From Vicugna vicugna (taxonomy: Eukaryota), in assembly GCA_013265495.1 (NCBI GenBank), contig MU058139.1, positions 62,001-126,000 of the forward strand: a stretch of DNA of 64,000 nt. The letters run 5' to 3'. The translations under genes and the position numbers were made by a program. Positions 50,089-64,000 of this stretch are shown in pieces. Position 1 is the stretch's first letter. Each line of letters starts with the position of its first letter. The notes beneath the pieces were generated by a model, which saw nothing but the letters and a program-made list of their open reading frames with translations, made no database searches and was not told the origin of the DNA.

Positions 50089-50619
50089 GTGAGTAACAAT
50101 TATTGTTTTAATAAGTGTATGTAGCAAGGAAAATATGACTGAGGATTACTGCAAGATACTGGCTTCTTGTTTCTTCATTTGAGGATAAGTCACATATAAA
50201 TGAAGACGTTTAGGAGAAGGGAATTAACATTTTATGTTATATCAGAAGATAGCATGTTTTTTGCTTCTTTTAAATTTGCAGCTTTAGAGAAGGATGATCA
50301 GTATTTTGGTCTCTGAGAAAAAGGATTGAAATGTAAGGATATGCTTAACTTCTAAATGTTTGGTTCTGTAGTGCTATTAAACTTTAATTCTTTACTTTTA
50401 AGCAATACTCACGTACTATGTATATAGAATATATATATATATATGTAGCAGGAGTGAAAAAAAAAGTAAAAAGAGTCATTGGGTATTACGACTGAATGTG
50501 TCTTGTTTTAGCCTGCCTGTCAAAGTTAAAGGTTCTATTTCACCTGTGACAAACTCAGAAGTATTTAACGTTGATGTACATTTGTTAGTTTAAAAATAGT
50601 ATGAAATTGTGTTTTTCTC

Positions 50620-53600
50620 CCAATTCATGTTGTGAAAAATTTTACACACAAATTTCTCACGAAGCAGTAATTTATATATAATAAGCTGCACTCATTTTAA
50701 ATGTGTAGTTTGAGTTTTGACCCCATATATACGACTGTGTAACCACAGGTGAGACTTAGAACATCCATCACCCTAAAACGTTCCTTAGTACCTTGTGTTG
50801 GTTAATCTCTGACCCCAGCTCCGGGCAACCACTGATCTGTTTTCTGTATTACAGATTAGATTTTCTATTTTTAGCATATCATAAACAAAATCACGAGTAT
50901 AATTTTTTTCAGTGTTAACTTCTTTTGTTTAGTGTAATTTTTTTTAATTTACCCGTGTTGTTGTATATATCAGTAATTTACTCTTTATTACTGCTCAGTA
51001 ATATTCTGTGCACGCTACAGTTTGTATGTCCATTCACATGATGTTAGACATTTAGATTATTTCCAGTTTTTGACTATTACAAACAGTTGCTATGAAGATT
51101 CACGTACAAGTTTTTGTGTGGACTTTTGTTTTTATTTCTTGTGATAAATACCTAGAAGGGGAATTGCTGGTAAATTTCTTTAACTTTATTAAGAAAATAC
51201 CAACTGTTTTCCATGGTGTTTCTATGATTTTACAGTTGCACAATCCATGTTTAAGTATTTCACTTGTTTCACAGTCTTCTAAATTATAGCTACTCTAGTG
51301 AACATATAGTGGTATTGTGATTATAATTTGTGTTTCCCTGGTGACTAATAATGTTGAGTATCTTTTCATGTGCTTACAGGACATTTCTATGTCTTCTGTA
51401 ATGAAATTTCTTTCCCATTGATTATTTAGAATATTTGTGTTATTATCATTTAGTTTTAATAGCTGTTAAAGTTTTCTGGACTCAAGTTGTTTGTCATAAT
51501 ATGTAAAATAAATATTTTCTTTAATTCTATAACTTATCTTTTCATTTCCTTAACTTGATTTTTTCCTGTTTGCTTCCAGAAGTTTTATAGTTTTGGCTTT
51601 TATGTTTAGGTTTATGACTCATTTAAAGTTTCTTTTTGTGTGTAGTCTGAGGTCATTTATTTTTTTCCAAGCACACATAAAATTGCCCTAACACCATTTT
51701 CTTGAAAGACTATCCTTTCCCCAATTTCCTTGACACCTTTACAAAAAAAATAGATCATGCATATGTGGATATATTTCTGGATTCTCTCTTCAGTTATATC
51801 TATATGTTTGTCCTCACAGCAATAACACACGTTTGGTTATTGCAGCTTTACAGTGGGTATTAAATTCAAGCATGGTAAATTTCCAAACTTCTAATTTTCT
51901 TTTCCAAGATTATTTTTGCTATGCTGTCATTTACATTTCTATGTAAATTTCAAAATCAGCTTGCTGGTTTCTACAAAAAAAAGATATTTTGATTGGAATA
52001 TCACTCATTGATTTTGGAAGAACTAATATCTTCACAAAATAGAGTCTTCCAGCCCATGAAAATGATCTTTCTCTTCACCTGTCTAGGTCTTCTTTAATTT
52101 GTATCAGCTACATTTTGTAGTATTTAATGTACAAGCCCTACATGAACTTTTGTTAATTTATCCCTAAATATTTGTGGGGTTTGGTGCTATTATAAGTGGT
52201 ATTTTTTTAAAATTATTTTCCAATTGTTTTTTGCTACAATGTAGAAATACACTTATTTTTACTTATTGACCTAGTATCCTTAGACTTGGCTATATTGACT
52301 TAATAGTTCTGGTAGCTTTAATATTGATTTTGTAGGACTTTTTTTAACATGTACAATTATATTGTCTGAGAAAGAAAGAGTTTCACTTTTCCCTTCCAAT
52401 CAGTGTAATTTTTTTTTCTTGCCTTATTGCATTATCTAGGACTTTGACAGTGTTTAATAGAAAGTGTTATATTGGACATCTTTGCCTTCTTCTAGATCTT
52501 AGGGGAGAACATTCATTTACCATTTTATAGAAGTTGCATATTTTTCATAGATGACTTTTATCAAGTTGAGGAATTTTCCTTTTATTCCATTTTCTGAGAA
52601 TTTTTATTATGCATGGATTTGAGTTTTTCAAATGCTTTCTTTTTGCATCTTTTGACATGATTATATCATTTTCCCCTTTATTCTGATAATATGGTAAACA
52701 TATCCATTACCTTTTTTGAACATTAAGTCAATATTACATTCCTGGAATAAATCCTACTTGTCATGATACTAGTAGCATTTTTATGTATTGCTGCATTTCA
52801 CTTGCTAATATTTTGTTAAGTATTTTTGCATTTATCTTTATAGATGATTTTTATAGTTTCCTCATAATGTGTTTGTATGATTTTGATATTAGGGTAATAT
52901 GAGCCTTATATTCTCTGTAAGAGTTTGTGAAGAACAAGTATTGATACTTTATATAAATGATAGAATTTTATCAGTGGAACCATCTGGGCCTGGAGTTTCC
53001 TTTGTAGGAAGGTTTTTAACTATGAATTTATTTATTGCTATAAGACTATTGAGGCTATTTGAAGAAATTTATCTTTTTTAATCTAATTTGTCAAATGTAT
53101 TGGCATAACATTGTTCATCATATTTCCTTATATTTTTTTATCTGCATGATCTGTAGTGATGTCCAGTATGTCATTCCTGATATTAAGAATTTGTATCTTT
53201 TCTGTTTTTCCCTCTATTAGTGAAGCTGGAGACTTGTCAAATTTATTGCTTTTTTCAAGTAAATAGGTTCGGATGGAATTGATTTTCATCTATTACTCAT
53301 TTGTTTACAGTTTCACTAATTTCTACTCATCTTTATTATTTTTCTACTTTGTGTTTAATTTACTCTTTATATTTCTTAACAGTGAGACTTTAGATGATTG
53401 ACTTGAGATTGTTTTTCTTTTTAATGTAAACTATATACTATACATTTTGAACACTATACATTTTCTTAAGTTTTGGCTACAAGCTGCAGATTTTCATAGG
53501 TTGTATTTTCATTTTCATTCAGTTCAAAATATCTTCTAATTTCTCTTCTGTTTTCTTCTTTGGCCTATATGTTATTTTGAAGTATGGTTTTAAAATTTCC

Positions 53601-53650
53601 AGGTATTTAGGAACTTTTCAGAGATCTTTCTCTTATTTATTTCCCATTGA
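50620..53650 (-). mobile_element. Long degenerate L1M (3'UTR plus ORF2), antisense
   Basis: T-rich L1 text (acaccattttcttgaaagactatcctttcc; ttcctggaataaatcctacttg; gtggaaccatctgggcctggag). Confidence 0.85.
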
Positions 53651-56600
53651 AGTAAATGACTCTTATTGAATAAATGGCCTTTATTGCAAAAATGACTCAG
53701 TCACTTAATCTGACTAAGCAAGAGAGGAATCAGAGTAAAGAACCCACGAATAAAACTGCCATGTTAGGAAAGAAATTATGGTTAGGAAGCAGGGTGAAAT
53801 GTTGTAAATCTTTGCAGTGTAGAAATGATAATATAATTGCAGTAGGAAGGGAAAGTGAGTCTCAGAAAATACATCTATTCTTGGAAAGATAAATGAAGCT
53901 GTAGATTTTTAGGACATTATTAATGTTGCTGTCAGGAGCTCAGCTGAACTGTCAGGGATCAGAGTAGCTGATTAAGCAACAGGGCAAAAATGAGAATGAA
54001 ATCTTAATTGCTGTGTGGGAAAAGCAAGTCTCTGATAAAGCAGAGAAAACACCGACGCCCCCTGTTCCATTTCCCTAGGGGGCAGCACCCCACTGGAGAG
54101 TCGGGTCAGATGTGGGGGTCAGCTCACTGTTGAAGGAGCCCCTGGCATCGGGGGAGAAGGTGAAGCAGGGAAGGCTGGGAGCGGAAAGGGCTGGGTACTA
54201 GTCATAGCAGGGTGAGTATCTTCAAGGTTTCCCTTCCTCCTCCCTTAAAGAGGCCTGAAGGCCACCTGTGTGCAAGGCCTCAGATAAAGAGACCTAGGAA
54301 TGCAAATATGTGAAGAGTGTGACCTGCCAGGGGTTCTGAGCCCTTGACCACACTGCAGGGCACAAGCCTGGCACCAGGTCTGGAGTAGGGAGGGCGGCTT
54401 TCCCCTGGACACCTGCTGGTGAAGCCTTCATCATTGCCTACAGTCAGCCCTGAAAATTACGTACAGGTGCTTAACCAGGAGCAGGACTCCCCAGTTATAA
54501 AGATAATGCATTATAAAATTAAAATCTGTCATTTATCTAGGTAGAAAATGGGAAATTACTAGTCACTACTGTATAAACATCATGTGAGCAGAGGCCTTGT
54601 CTGTATGTTCATGGTGTATTCCCAGGCCGAGCACAGTGTCTGGCGTATAGCAGACGCGCTGAAATATTGGTGGATTAATTTATGAACATTGTTTAATGAA
54701 CAACACGTCGTGCCTAAAAAATGGACAAATGCCAGGTGAATGGTAACAAAGGACAACAGAGGTTTCAGAATTGATATTAGATAAGATCTGTCTAAAGGCA
54801 AAAGCATTTATGAGTCATAGAAAATTAGTTTATAGTGTAGTGACGATTAGTACAATGATCAAGAAAGATCTAATTGTCATGATATTCATCAGCAAAGGAA
54901 TGTCAGTGCTCAGAGGGCAGGGAATGAGAGGAAATAACCACTTGGTAAGTTTTTATTGGAGACTTATCATGCACCTCAAAATTTTACTTCTCTTTAGTGT
55001 AACAGTAGATTTCACTAAAATAGTCAAAAGTTGTTGTTTGCTAATCTACCAACTTCTTCCTAAAGTTTAAAGGAAAATTAAGTATAAGAATAGCCAGGAA
55101 ACTTTTTGAGAAAGTAAATAAAGCAAAGGTGTTTTTATTAACATGTATGGCCTTGTTATGGAAAAAGGACAGATATCCGTTAGTGTTAAGATACCAAATT
55201 ATTAAAATTAATCGTTGAGTCTTTGTAACTACTTTCTTGAATCCCGACACATTCATCGACCTAGAAAATTGTGGATGGTTTCATTGAGTGTTTTCTGAGT
55301 AACTGCTTGTCATGTGGGTTGTACTATTAAAAAAAAAATCTCCTGGAATCCTTTAAAATTATGATTTTTTTTTTCTCTTTACATCTAACTGTATTGGAGG
55401 CATTAACTCTGGACTTAGGTTCTAAACTTTAGATTCTAGACTGAGGATGCTCCTGATATAAAAGATTTTTGTCACATTTTTATTTTGATTTTAGGAAGTC
55501 AGCTTAAATCCGTCCACAATTAGTTGTAAAATCAATAAGTTGCTTTTCATAATAGCCCTGTGCGGACAAGCTGTTTAACTTGCATATGCTGTGCTGTGCT
55601 AAGGCACTGGCCTGCCCCAGGTTTTCTGACAGACTGTTGAGTATGTGATTGTCAAATTGTTTTCTTTACAACTCTGATTTCCAGAGGTGCTTTGGAACTT
55701 TTCAATATTTAATTTTCATTTCATTTTACACATATATCTTAAACTACATAAAAGCCTGTGATTTAATAACAATAGACATGTATGTTCAAACTTTTAATAC
55801 AATAAAGACAAGTGGTGTGTCTCCCAGGATAACTCACTCTTTATAGAATTCAGAATAAAGCTTTTCCTGCTTTGTTCATGTGCTTGAACTTTTTAGAAAT
55901 GTCTCGTAATTGGAAGGTTGTGATTCTGGGCTTGTTTTAAATTTCTGGCAAAGAGTGTACACTGAGACTGCTTAATGAGATTTGGCAAACCCCTGACTTG
56001 TGTTTCTCTATGTTTATCTTCTGATACTGTATATAAAACAAGAGTAAAATAGTCTATTTTTAAACTATTTAGCCCAGTAGAGATGATTTTGATTCATCTT
56101 ACCTACAATCTTTTGAACTTCTTTGACTATACACAACTGTAAAGCAATATAATAATTGTGCGTATGTGAAAATGGAACCTTTTTCTGTTTGGTGTTATAC
56201 TAACAGAAACGTACAAGGGTGTATGTTGACAGAAAAGGATGGTGACTAGTCAGTAAATCACATTTCCTAAATAAAAAGTATTATGAATAGAAAGGTGTTA
56301 AAAAAATTCTCTAGACCCTTTGCTGAGAATCATTAATTATAAAATAAAGTTCTCCATGTTTGATTCAGAAATCACAGCAGTCTCAGACCTGAGGTGTCAC
56401 AGGGCACGAAGTGCTTATGAGGCAGGAGACTAGCCTTCCACCTCTGCTCTGGCTGGCTCTGGGGTTTGGGGGAAGTCATTGAATTTTTCATAGCTCCGGT
56501 TTATGGCTCCACTTCCTTCACAAAATTGCTTTGGAAAGTTAGTTTAAAGTTTATTGTAAAAGTATTAAGTGTTTTATAAACTTTCAAGTGCTACAAATAA

Positions 56601-56714
56601 AACTTAAGTGTTACAATTTCTGATGTATTTAGTTATAATTAGTTAGCATTTTCCTTCTTCCCCATTCTATGCATGTTTTTATATTCTTTCTTCCCCCCAA
56701 TGTTTGTTCTTTAG

Positions 56715-56791
56715 GGCATTACGCTAGAAGAGTTTGACAGATTATCTTTCAATATGATTTTAATGAGCCCTCCCTGTCAGCCATTCACAAG
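56715..56791 (+). CDS. TRDMT1: TRDMT1 exon 3 (77 nt), catalytic Cys79
   Basis: GITLEEFDRLSFNMILMSPPCQPFT(R); motif IV TGT at 56775-56777. Confidence 0.98.
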
Positions 56792-59135
56792 GTATGTATA
56801 ATAAATATTTCTCTGTTAGGAAGAGTACTTTTGAAAGACTCATTAAATCAAATCATACTGTAATTTCAAGCATGGACACTTGGAAGTCCATCAGCTGCAT
56901 TTTTGTAGGCTTGAAACTTTTCATAAGTAATTCCTTTACTCACACTTGTAATTTAGCATTAATCATAAGGAAAATAGCAATTACTGCCAAACAGTAATTT
57001 GGTCAATAGTAGATGTGCAGCAACTACATGGTACCTCTTTGATAGCTACCAAAGATCCAATATTTGTTTCTGACCTAAATTACTTTAAATTTTTTAAGCT
57101 AGTGAGCATTCTGGAATATCTTCCTACACTGATTATTCAAAGTAAATTTCCACAATAAATATTCAAGTTCCAGATTCCTTGACTGTAAAAATTTAAAGCT
57201 AGTCAAGAATGCATTTGTGAATTTTACATTTCTCAAAATTGTTATGTACATTGAATAATATGTACAATTAATCAAATGACTCTAAAACTATGTCCCAATT
57301 CAGTTTTTTATTCTATGGTATTTATTTGGCTGTGTATTTCAGGGAATTATATTTTAGATAGAATCTTAACTAATCCATCTTCACTTAGATATTTTTAATA
57401 ATAATATTTCTAATTATTGTAAATAATAATGATAATAGTGATAGCCCTCTGAGTGCCTTACTGGGAGTATGCCATTTAGTTTAACAAGCTTATGAGATAG
57501 GTACTAGTCTCATCATTTTATAGGTGAGAAACTGGGGTATAGAAAAGTTAAATAACTTTCCCAAGGCCATACAATTAGACAATGTCAGAGCCAGGATTTA
57601 TTAGTTATTTTGTAGGATCCTGTTTAAATACGTGATGTGATTTTAAGTGGGATATCACAAGTAGTAAAAAATCTAATTTAAATAAATATTCTCATGATTA
57701 ATTTCCATCCAAATTTTATTTGAAGTTTTCTGGGAAGTTAATTCCCCAAGAGTTCATTGTGCACCTTTGTGCCGGGCATTGCTTTCAGTGCTGTAGTTTC
57801 CATCCTATGGAACTTATAGTCCAAGGGGAAATGGCTGACAAATAATGGGCTTATAACGTGGTCTAAGCTCTATAATGAATGAATGCTGAAACCGCCATGA
57901 GAGCATGGAGGAGAAAATGGCTTGCTGCACACCAGGTGGGAGGAATTCTTTTAGAGATGATACCTGAATTGTCTGGGAGCAGATTGGGAGTTTATCAGAA
58001 AAGGCAGGCCTTCCACGTAAAGATGGCTCCAAGCATATGCAAGTGTGTGTGTGGGCTGTTTAACTATAGTTAAGTCGGAGGTACTGAACAGAATGCAGCC
58101 CCAGTGCTGGGATGCTTCATCCATCTGCAGTGGGCCCTCTGCAGTGGGCTGCCTATATATTCCCTGCTTCTACTTCTGCTCTGCATTAGCCCTGCTCCAG
58201 CTGCTGACGGCCACAGTCGCTGATCCCATAGTACGATCACCATTTTGAACACCGAGAGAAAAAAGGCCAAAATGAGAAGAACCCAAGGTTTCTGAGCAGT
58301 CTATTCAAGTCCACCCTAACCTCCCATCTGAGCCTCAGATCCACTGTTGGTGTTGATCCTGCCGTCTGGTGTGAGGAAACAGATGAGTGATGTCAAATAA
58401 CTTACTTAAGACTATGAAGCTAATGAAGAGCAAGGGCTTAAACCCTAGTCCTCTGCTACTGTGATAAAGGCCCAGTCTTAGTCGTCCTTTCTGCTTGGTT
58501 CTTGATCATATTGAATGTTAATTATAAGACCTAATTGCTAGTCCAGATACCACTTGTTTATGTGACATAGTTTGACCTAGTTAGTTTAGCCCAGTTGCAA
58601 CTCCTTGTAGAATCAAGCCTTCAGCTTTAGTCCCTCCTGGTTACACTGGACAAGATGATCTTAGTCTTACCTTCTACTTTGATCTGCTTAGATGGTGATT
58701 AGTTATCCTTGCCATCAGTTCTACATTGCCACTCTGCCCAACCAGCTCATTCATCTAAACTTTTCTTGTCTCACGTGGGACAGAGCAAAAGGTGTCATCA
58801 GCCAATTGTGTGTGTGTGCCTTTCCTAAACAAACTGATTTTTACGATGGTAATTGATTTTATTCTTCATCGACTTCAAGTTCTGCTTTGCCTCATGTAAG
58901 TCATTTGGCATATTGTTTTGAAAAAAGTGTGTTTATTAGACAGGCAAGGCTTTTTTCTTTTTAATTAAATGAAAAAAATACACTTTTGTTCTCCATAGCA
59001 GCAGAGGTGATCGTATTTTTTGTGAGGGCTGACTAATTTTAGTTCTCTCAGTTCTGACTTTTTAGAAGTGACTTGGTATCTTTATGAACTTGATTCTTGA
59101 TGAACTTAACTTGCTTTCCGTACTTACCCCTTTAG

Positions 59136-59207
59136 AATTGGCCTGCAAGGTGATGTGACTGATCCAAGGACGAACAGCTTCTTATATATTCTAGACATTC
59201 TCCCAAG
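59136..59207 (+). CDS. TRDMT1: TRDMT1 exon 4 (72 nt)
   Basis: tttag|A ATT...AG|gtaaaa; IGLQGDVTDPRTNSFLYILDILP. Confidence 0.97.
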
Positions 59208-59830
59208 GTAAAAACTTAGACCCCTGTACAAGCTTACTGTAAATGTAGAACTTTGGATCTGGATGAACGCAATGTTTGTCATTTATAGAGATTAGAGCTT
59301 ATACACGCTGCCTTCAGATACCGTGTGCTTCGTTTATCTTTTGCCACGACTCGTGGAGTGACTACAGATTTTGTCAATTCCATGGTTGCCACTAAAGTGA
59401 GAGACAGGGAGTTACAGCCTAATAGCTGAGTTCTGTTGCCTCTGCTCACAGTATTAGAGCAGATGATGCTAATGTTAGTGAGTGTTGTTGCCCACGGCCT
59501 GGAAAGTTGTGCTAACTCCAGAAACCGTCCTCCTGTGTGTACATTTGAGTTGTGCCGCCCAGAGGCTCTGTGCAAACTGAGTTCTGACACGAACTTCAGT
59601 GGAAATGAGCATTTCCAATGTTAACTTTATCGGGTGTGCCATGTTTATGGGGAAAAGGAATAAGTTATGAGTTGTCTCCATCCCTGATAAAATTCTTTTA
59701 TAAAAAGAGAGTTCGGACAATTATTTACCTCATATTTCCCACCTGTAAGAATTTTCTTTCCTTCTTACTTCTAAGTAATAAGATGTTTGGAATTCCATTT
59801 GTTTTTGTTTTGTTTTGTTTTGTTTTTTAG

Positions 59831-59896
59831 ATTACAAAAATTACCGAAGTATATTCTTTTAGAAAATGTTAAAGGTTTTGAAGTGTCTTCTACAAG
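59831..59896 (+). CDS. TRDMT1: TRDMT1 exon 5 (66 nt), ENV motif VI
   Basis: LQKLPKYILLENVKGFEVSST. Confidence 0.97.
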
Positions 59897-60670
59897 GTAA
59901 AAAATGTGTGTCTTATGTTCATCTTAGACTTGGTATTTTTCATAATAGGAGCTGTTGTGAAATAAAGATCTTAAAACTAAACATGTACATTCTGACATTT
60001 TATATATTTTATGTATTTTATTCGTTAATACTGATTTTGAACAGTTAGTAACTTGAAGTATCCCAAAATTAGGTTCAACTGATTCTCTCCCACTTTGATA
60101 TGTCTGAATTTTGCCATAGTGAGTAGTCATTTTAATGAGAATGGTATTTCTCAATTTTCACTGCTTACTTTGGTGCTGTTTCTTTAGAAATAGGAATGTT
60201 TTTGGTTCAGATTTGGTCCTGTGGACAGGCATTTTTTTGTCCTGCAGTTAGATGGGAGAAGCAAGCCCTGAGTCCCTTTCAGATGGTAGCCCAGCTGGAG
60301 AGAAGGCATCCGTCTAAGTCCCTGATTCTCCAGCTGTCTGTCTCAGTGTTGCCCCATCTGATTGGCTATGGATACAGTTCCATTCCCATAGCAAGTTTAT
60401 CATTCATGGATTAGTGTGACTCTAACTCTCACCAATTTTATAAATTGTCTGGTAGCTTTATTTATTTATAATAACAATTACCTCTTTGAGGAATGTAATT
60501 TCTCAAGTATTGGACTTAAAAAAGAACTTGGATTATTCTTTCTAAACAACTTGAGTGCAGGCACAGTTTTCACATAAAATGATGTTTTATGTGTAAAATT
60601 TTATATAAGAATCCCATTTTGAACTGTAGAGTGAAAGCTTTTTCCTTTCCCTTTATTTTTCTCTTTTCAG

Positions 60671-60740
60671 AGACCTGTTAATACAAACAATAGAAAATTG
60701 TGGCTTTCAGTACCAAGAATTTCTATTGTCTCCAACCTCT
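60671..60740 (+). CDS. TRDMT1: TRDMT1 exon 6 (70 nt)
   Basis: ttttcag|A GAC...TCT|gtaagt; DLLIQTIENCGFQYQEFLLSPTS. Confidence 0.97.
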
Positions 60741-61225
60741 GTAAGTACCACAATTATTAACTCTCATAGAAATCTTCCAGAGGGAATTTGAGTCAATAAA
60801 AAGAATGGCTCCATTTTGGATAATATTATAGGTAAATCTCACAGTTAGTTCAGACATGGTTCTTTCTTTCTATATCTGAATATTATAGCTATATCTGAAT
60901 TCTACTTTTTTTTTATGATTACTGTACTATCAGTAATGAATGTAAGAATGTCTCTGACTTCTTACCTGGGAAATATAAAGTGAACGTGACTCACAGACAT
61001 ATGATTCATCAGTTTCCATCTTTATGTCATTCAAATAAAGGTACAAAGTGCGGCAGTTTAGAAGGCTTAAGAATTTACTATAGAGAAGTCTTCTACAAGT
61101 CAACAACAGAGTTTTGTTTGGCAGAAACTGATGTAGACCTGTGTGAATTTTTTACTAGGTTGCTGACAGTTGATACAGACGTTCCTAATTTCCTATAACA
61201 ACTCCCTGTCCTGCTTTACTTGCAG

Positions 61226-61309
61226 CTTGGCATTCCAAATTCAAGGCTACGGTATTTCCTTATTGCAAAGCTTCAGTCAGAGCCGCTCCCTTTTCAAGGC
61301 CCTGGTCAG
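61226..61309 (+). CDS. TRDMT1: TRDMT1 exon 7 (84 nt), motif VIII RxR
   Basis: LGIPNSRLRYFLIAKLQSEPLPFQGPGQ|gtattt. Confidence 0.97.
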
Positions 61310-62678
61310 GTATTTCTTACTGTTGTTGTTGTCGTCATCATCATCATCATTATTATTCGTCTACTGTAAATATACGTCAGTCTGCTAATTCACTTTCAGG
61401 AGCTGCTTCACGGAGGTCTATGTGTGTCCTGTCATGCCTATAATGTACCCTATGCCCTACGTCTGTCTTCTATGCCTTTTTCCCCTCCTGATGCCACTTT
61501 AATTGCTTTAAATAAAACCAGAAAATTTCCTTTCATCATTAAGAAAAAAAATAAGGTCAAAGAGAAGTTTTAAAAATAACCATTCGTGCTGGTTATTAAC
61601 CATTATCCTCCCTTTTCCCCTATAATTTCTCTGCTGACCGTTGACTATATTGCATCTATTTTTCCCCCTTGATAGAAGCCATTTGACTACTTCTGATAAA
61701 ATTCACTATGCTATCTTAAAGGGGCTTGAGTATTTTAACACATCTGTTGCATTTTCTTTTAACTCTGTGCTGTTTAGCCTTAATTGATTAAAATATGGTA
61801 AAGATTAGTACAAGCTAGAATGAAATGCTCAGTTGTTGCTAATCGGATCTCTAAGGATGCTAGCAATTTTATGCTTCTGCTGAAAACTGGTGTGGGTAAC
61901 AGTTTCAGTGGTTCAGTGAGGCTCTCCGTAAGTATCACAGGTAAGAACTCAAAAGTCATGTCCTGGTAACAGGGGTTCAGTAGTACCATTTGAATCCCCT
62001 GTAACGCAATACCAGTATTATACAATATTATATTATATAATATAGTAACAGTATATCTCTCTTTCATAGTGGGCAGCTCCAAAAACAACGTATAAAGTAT
62101 ATTAACAAAGACTTCATCATTAAAAATTCCTGGAACTGTTTTTTCTTTCCCAAAATAGGACTTTACTACCAGGTTACATGTTTTGCAGGAACAAGTTTTT
62201 CCTGTGGGACTCAGGAATAGAAATAACCTTTCAGGGTGAAGCCTGTTTTTCTTTTTTAATTACTAATTTTCCTTTAGATCACGGGTATGTTCTAGTTTTT
62301 TTTTTTTTTTTTAATGGAGGGGAATGGCAAACTTTGATCCAAAACACATTTTCCAGAAATGTTACTGTTGCTTTCTCACCTGCTTTTCCAAATATGATGC
62401 TGTATCTATAGTCAACATACTTGCTATCTTATTAATAAATACGGAAAGCATTAACTTCATGAAATAAATCATCTGTAGCCTGATGGCCTGTCAATGTATG
62501 ATGAGTAACTTGTAATAACTTGTATAAATACTAGTAAACCTCAATTTCTATCTATTTTAATGACAGCTCTGTAAATGCTAAAGAGTGCTGTTGCATAACA
62601 TTGACTAGATGTTATTAATTTGTCTCTTATTTTTAAATAAAGCTTTTGACAGTTTGTGTATTTTTTACTTGATGCCAG

Positions 62679-63007
62679 ATACTGATGGAGTTTCCCCAAA
62701 TTGGATCTGAAGATCCACAAAAACATGAGATAGCTGCAGAAAAGAAAATCGAATCAAGTATTTGCTTTGATAACAGCACACACTGTTCTGGAAAAGAGGC
62801 CATTCTTTTTAAGCTTGAAACTGCAGAAGAAATTGACAGGAAACATCAACAGGACAGTGATCTCTCTGTGCAAATGCTAAAGGAGTTTCTGGAAGATGAC
62901 ATTGACATGAACTCATACTTTTTACCACCAAAGTCGTTACTGCGATATGCTCTTTTGTTAGACATTGTTAAGCCCACTTCTAGAAGGTCCATGTGCTTTA
63001 CAAAAGG
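62679..63007 (+). CDS. TRDMT1: TRDMT1 exon 8 (329 nt), variable region and DNMT2-specific CFT motif; gene continues beyond window
   Basis: gccag|ATA CTG ATG GAG...AAA GG|gtaggt; ILMEFP...LLRYALLLDIVKPTSRRSMCFTKG. Confidence 0.97.
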
Positions 63008-63469
63008 GTAGGTTTTAAAGAGACTATTCATGGCATATCCAAAATAACCAGGTTTTTTGTAATTATTGTTTCTTTTAGTTCTTCTCAGAACAAGGAGCAT
63101 TTTATAAAATGTTTCTGCTAGAATGATTTTTTTCGCCCTTAATTGCCTGCTTTCGTGTTCCAATAGAATGCACGAGGGGAAATTCCTTCTGGCAGAACAT
63201 CATGTGCACGGCCCACGAAAGTGCTCATAAAAGACAATGCCATTGTTTGGTGACCTTCATAGGCGCTTAATTATTCACGGTGGAAACATGGTGTCTATGG
63301 ATGGTGAATTGCTAATTTTTTTAAGCACCTTTCTTTTTGTGGTACATCAGACCTCAAAAACTTATGTCCACTTCCATGATCAGTGAAGAAATTAAATTTT
63401 AAAAGCAAGAAATAACATTGAATAATCTAGAGCACATTAAAGCATATTTAATTTTTTACTTAGTTTTTT

Positions 63470-63900
63470 AAATTTTATTTAGTTTTCTGAATACATAATG
63501 TATTCTCACGGTTCAGAATTCGAAAGGAACTAAAATTGTAAGACTCCCTTCCAGTTCTGCCTCTTGGCTGTCCAGTTTCCGTCCCTACGTGCAACCACTG
63601 ATTTCAATTCACTGTCTGATCGCCTGGGAGGTATTATGTGTGAGGGTGTATTTATACATGCATATTTGTACTGTCTTATTTACATGAATGATAGCATACT
63701 CTATTCATTATTATGTGCCCTTGTTTTCAGTGGACAATGTAATTGGGATTTTACTGCATATGAGTGCATAAAGAACTTTCCTGTGTCATGGTATAGGCAT
63801 ATCATAATTTTTTGCTGGTTACCTATTGATGGACATTTAGGGGGCTTCTTTTGGATTATTTCTCAAGTGTTCATGTGTTTTGCAACTTTTTTTAAAACCT
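63470..63900 (-). mobile_element. Old L1 3' end (L1ME-like)
   Basis: gcaaccactg...agcatactctat...cctattgatggacatttagg. Confidence 0.6.
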
Positions 63901-64000
63901 AGAAAGAAGGGGGAAGTTAGACACTTTGAGAAAAGTATGTAAAAGAGCCCTCTCTCTGCTTTTCTAGTGCCACTCAAGCTCATTGGACAGGTAGTGGTAT

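Noticed and set aside
1..64000. CRISPR arrays, rRNA or prokaryotic-type systems
   Set aside because: Mammalian DNA; no regularly spaced repeat-spacer array or rRNA similarity seen

Overview
Mammalian genomic DNA, probably camelid judging from a tRNA-derived SINE family and young L1 tails, covering the syntenic VIM-TRDMT1 interval. On the minus strand are the CpG-island promoter (TATA, CCAAT, GC box, NF-kB, tandem AP-1, STAT/GAS) and the first two coding exons of vimentin (VIM). On the plus strand are exons 1-8 of TRDMT1 (DNMT2, tRNA-Asp C38 methyltransferase), intact, with a 5-aa deletion in the variable region relative to the human protein as I recall it. The main unexpected result is that the 'intergenic' 4.7-28 kb region holds about 23 plus-strand, splice-site-bounded, phase-compatible exon relics (about 5 kb, roughly 1,700 codons). 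They carry scattered stops, single-base frameshifts and some dead splice sites, and the recognisable transposons fall between them. This looks like an unannotated large unitary pseudogene, head-to-head with VIM, in the position and orientation of the human lncRNA VIM-AS1. I could not assign it to a protein family. Other items: an ERV1 solo LTR with TATA/GAS/polyA signals 1.85 kb upstream of TRDMT1, two local templated duplications in TRDMT1 intron 1, and many L1/L2/MIR/MaLR/hAT repeats. Repeat boundaries are approximate and were read by eye.
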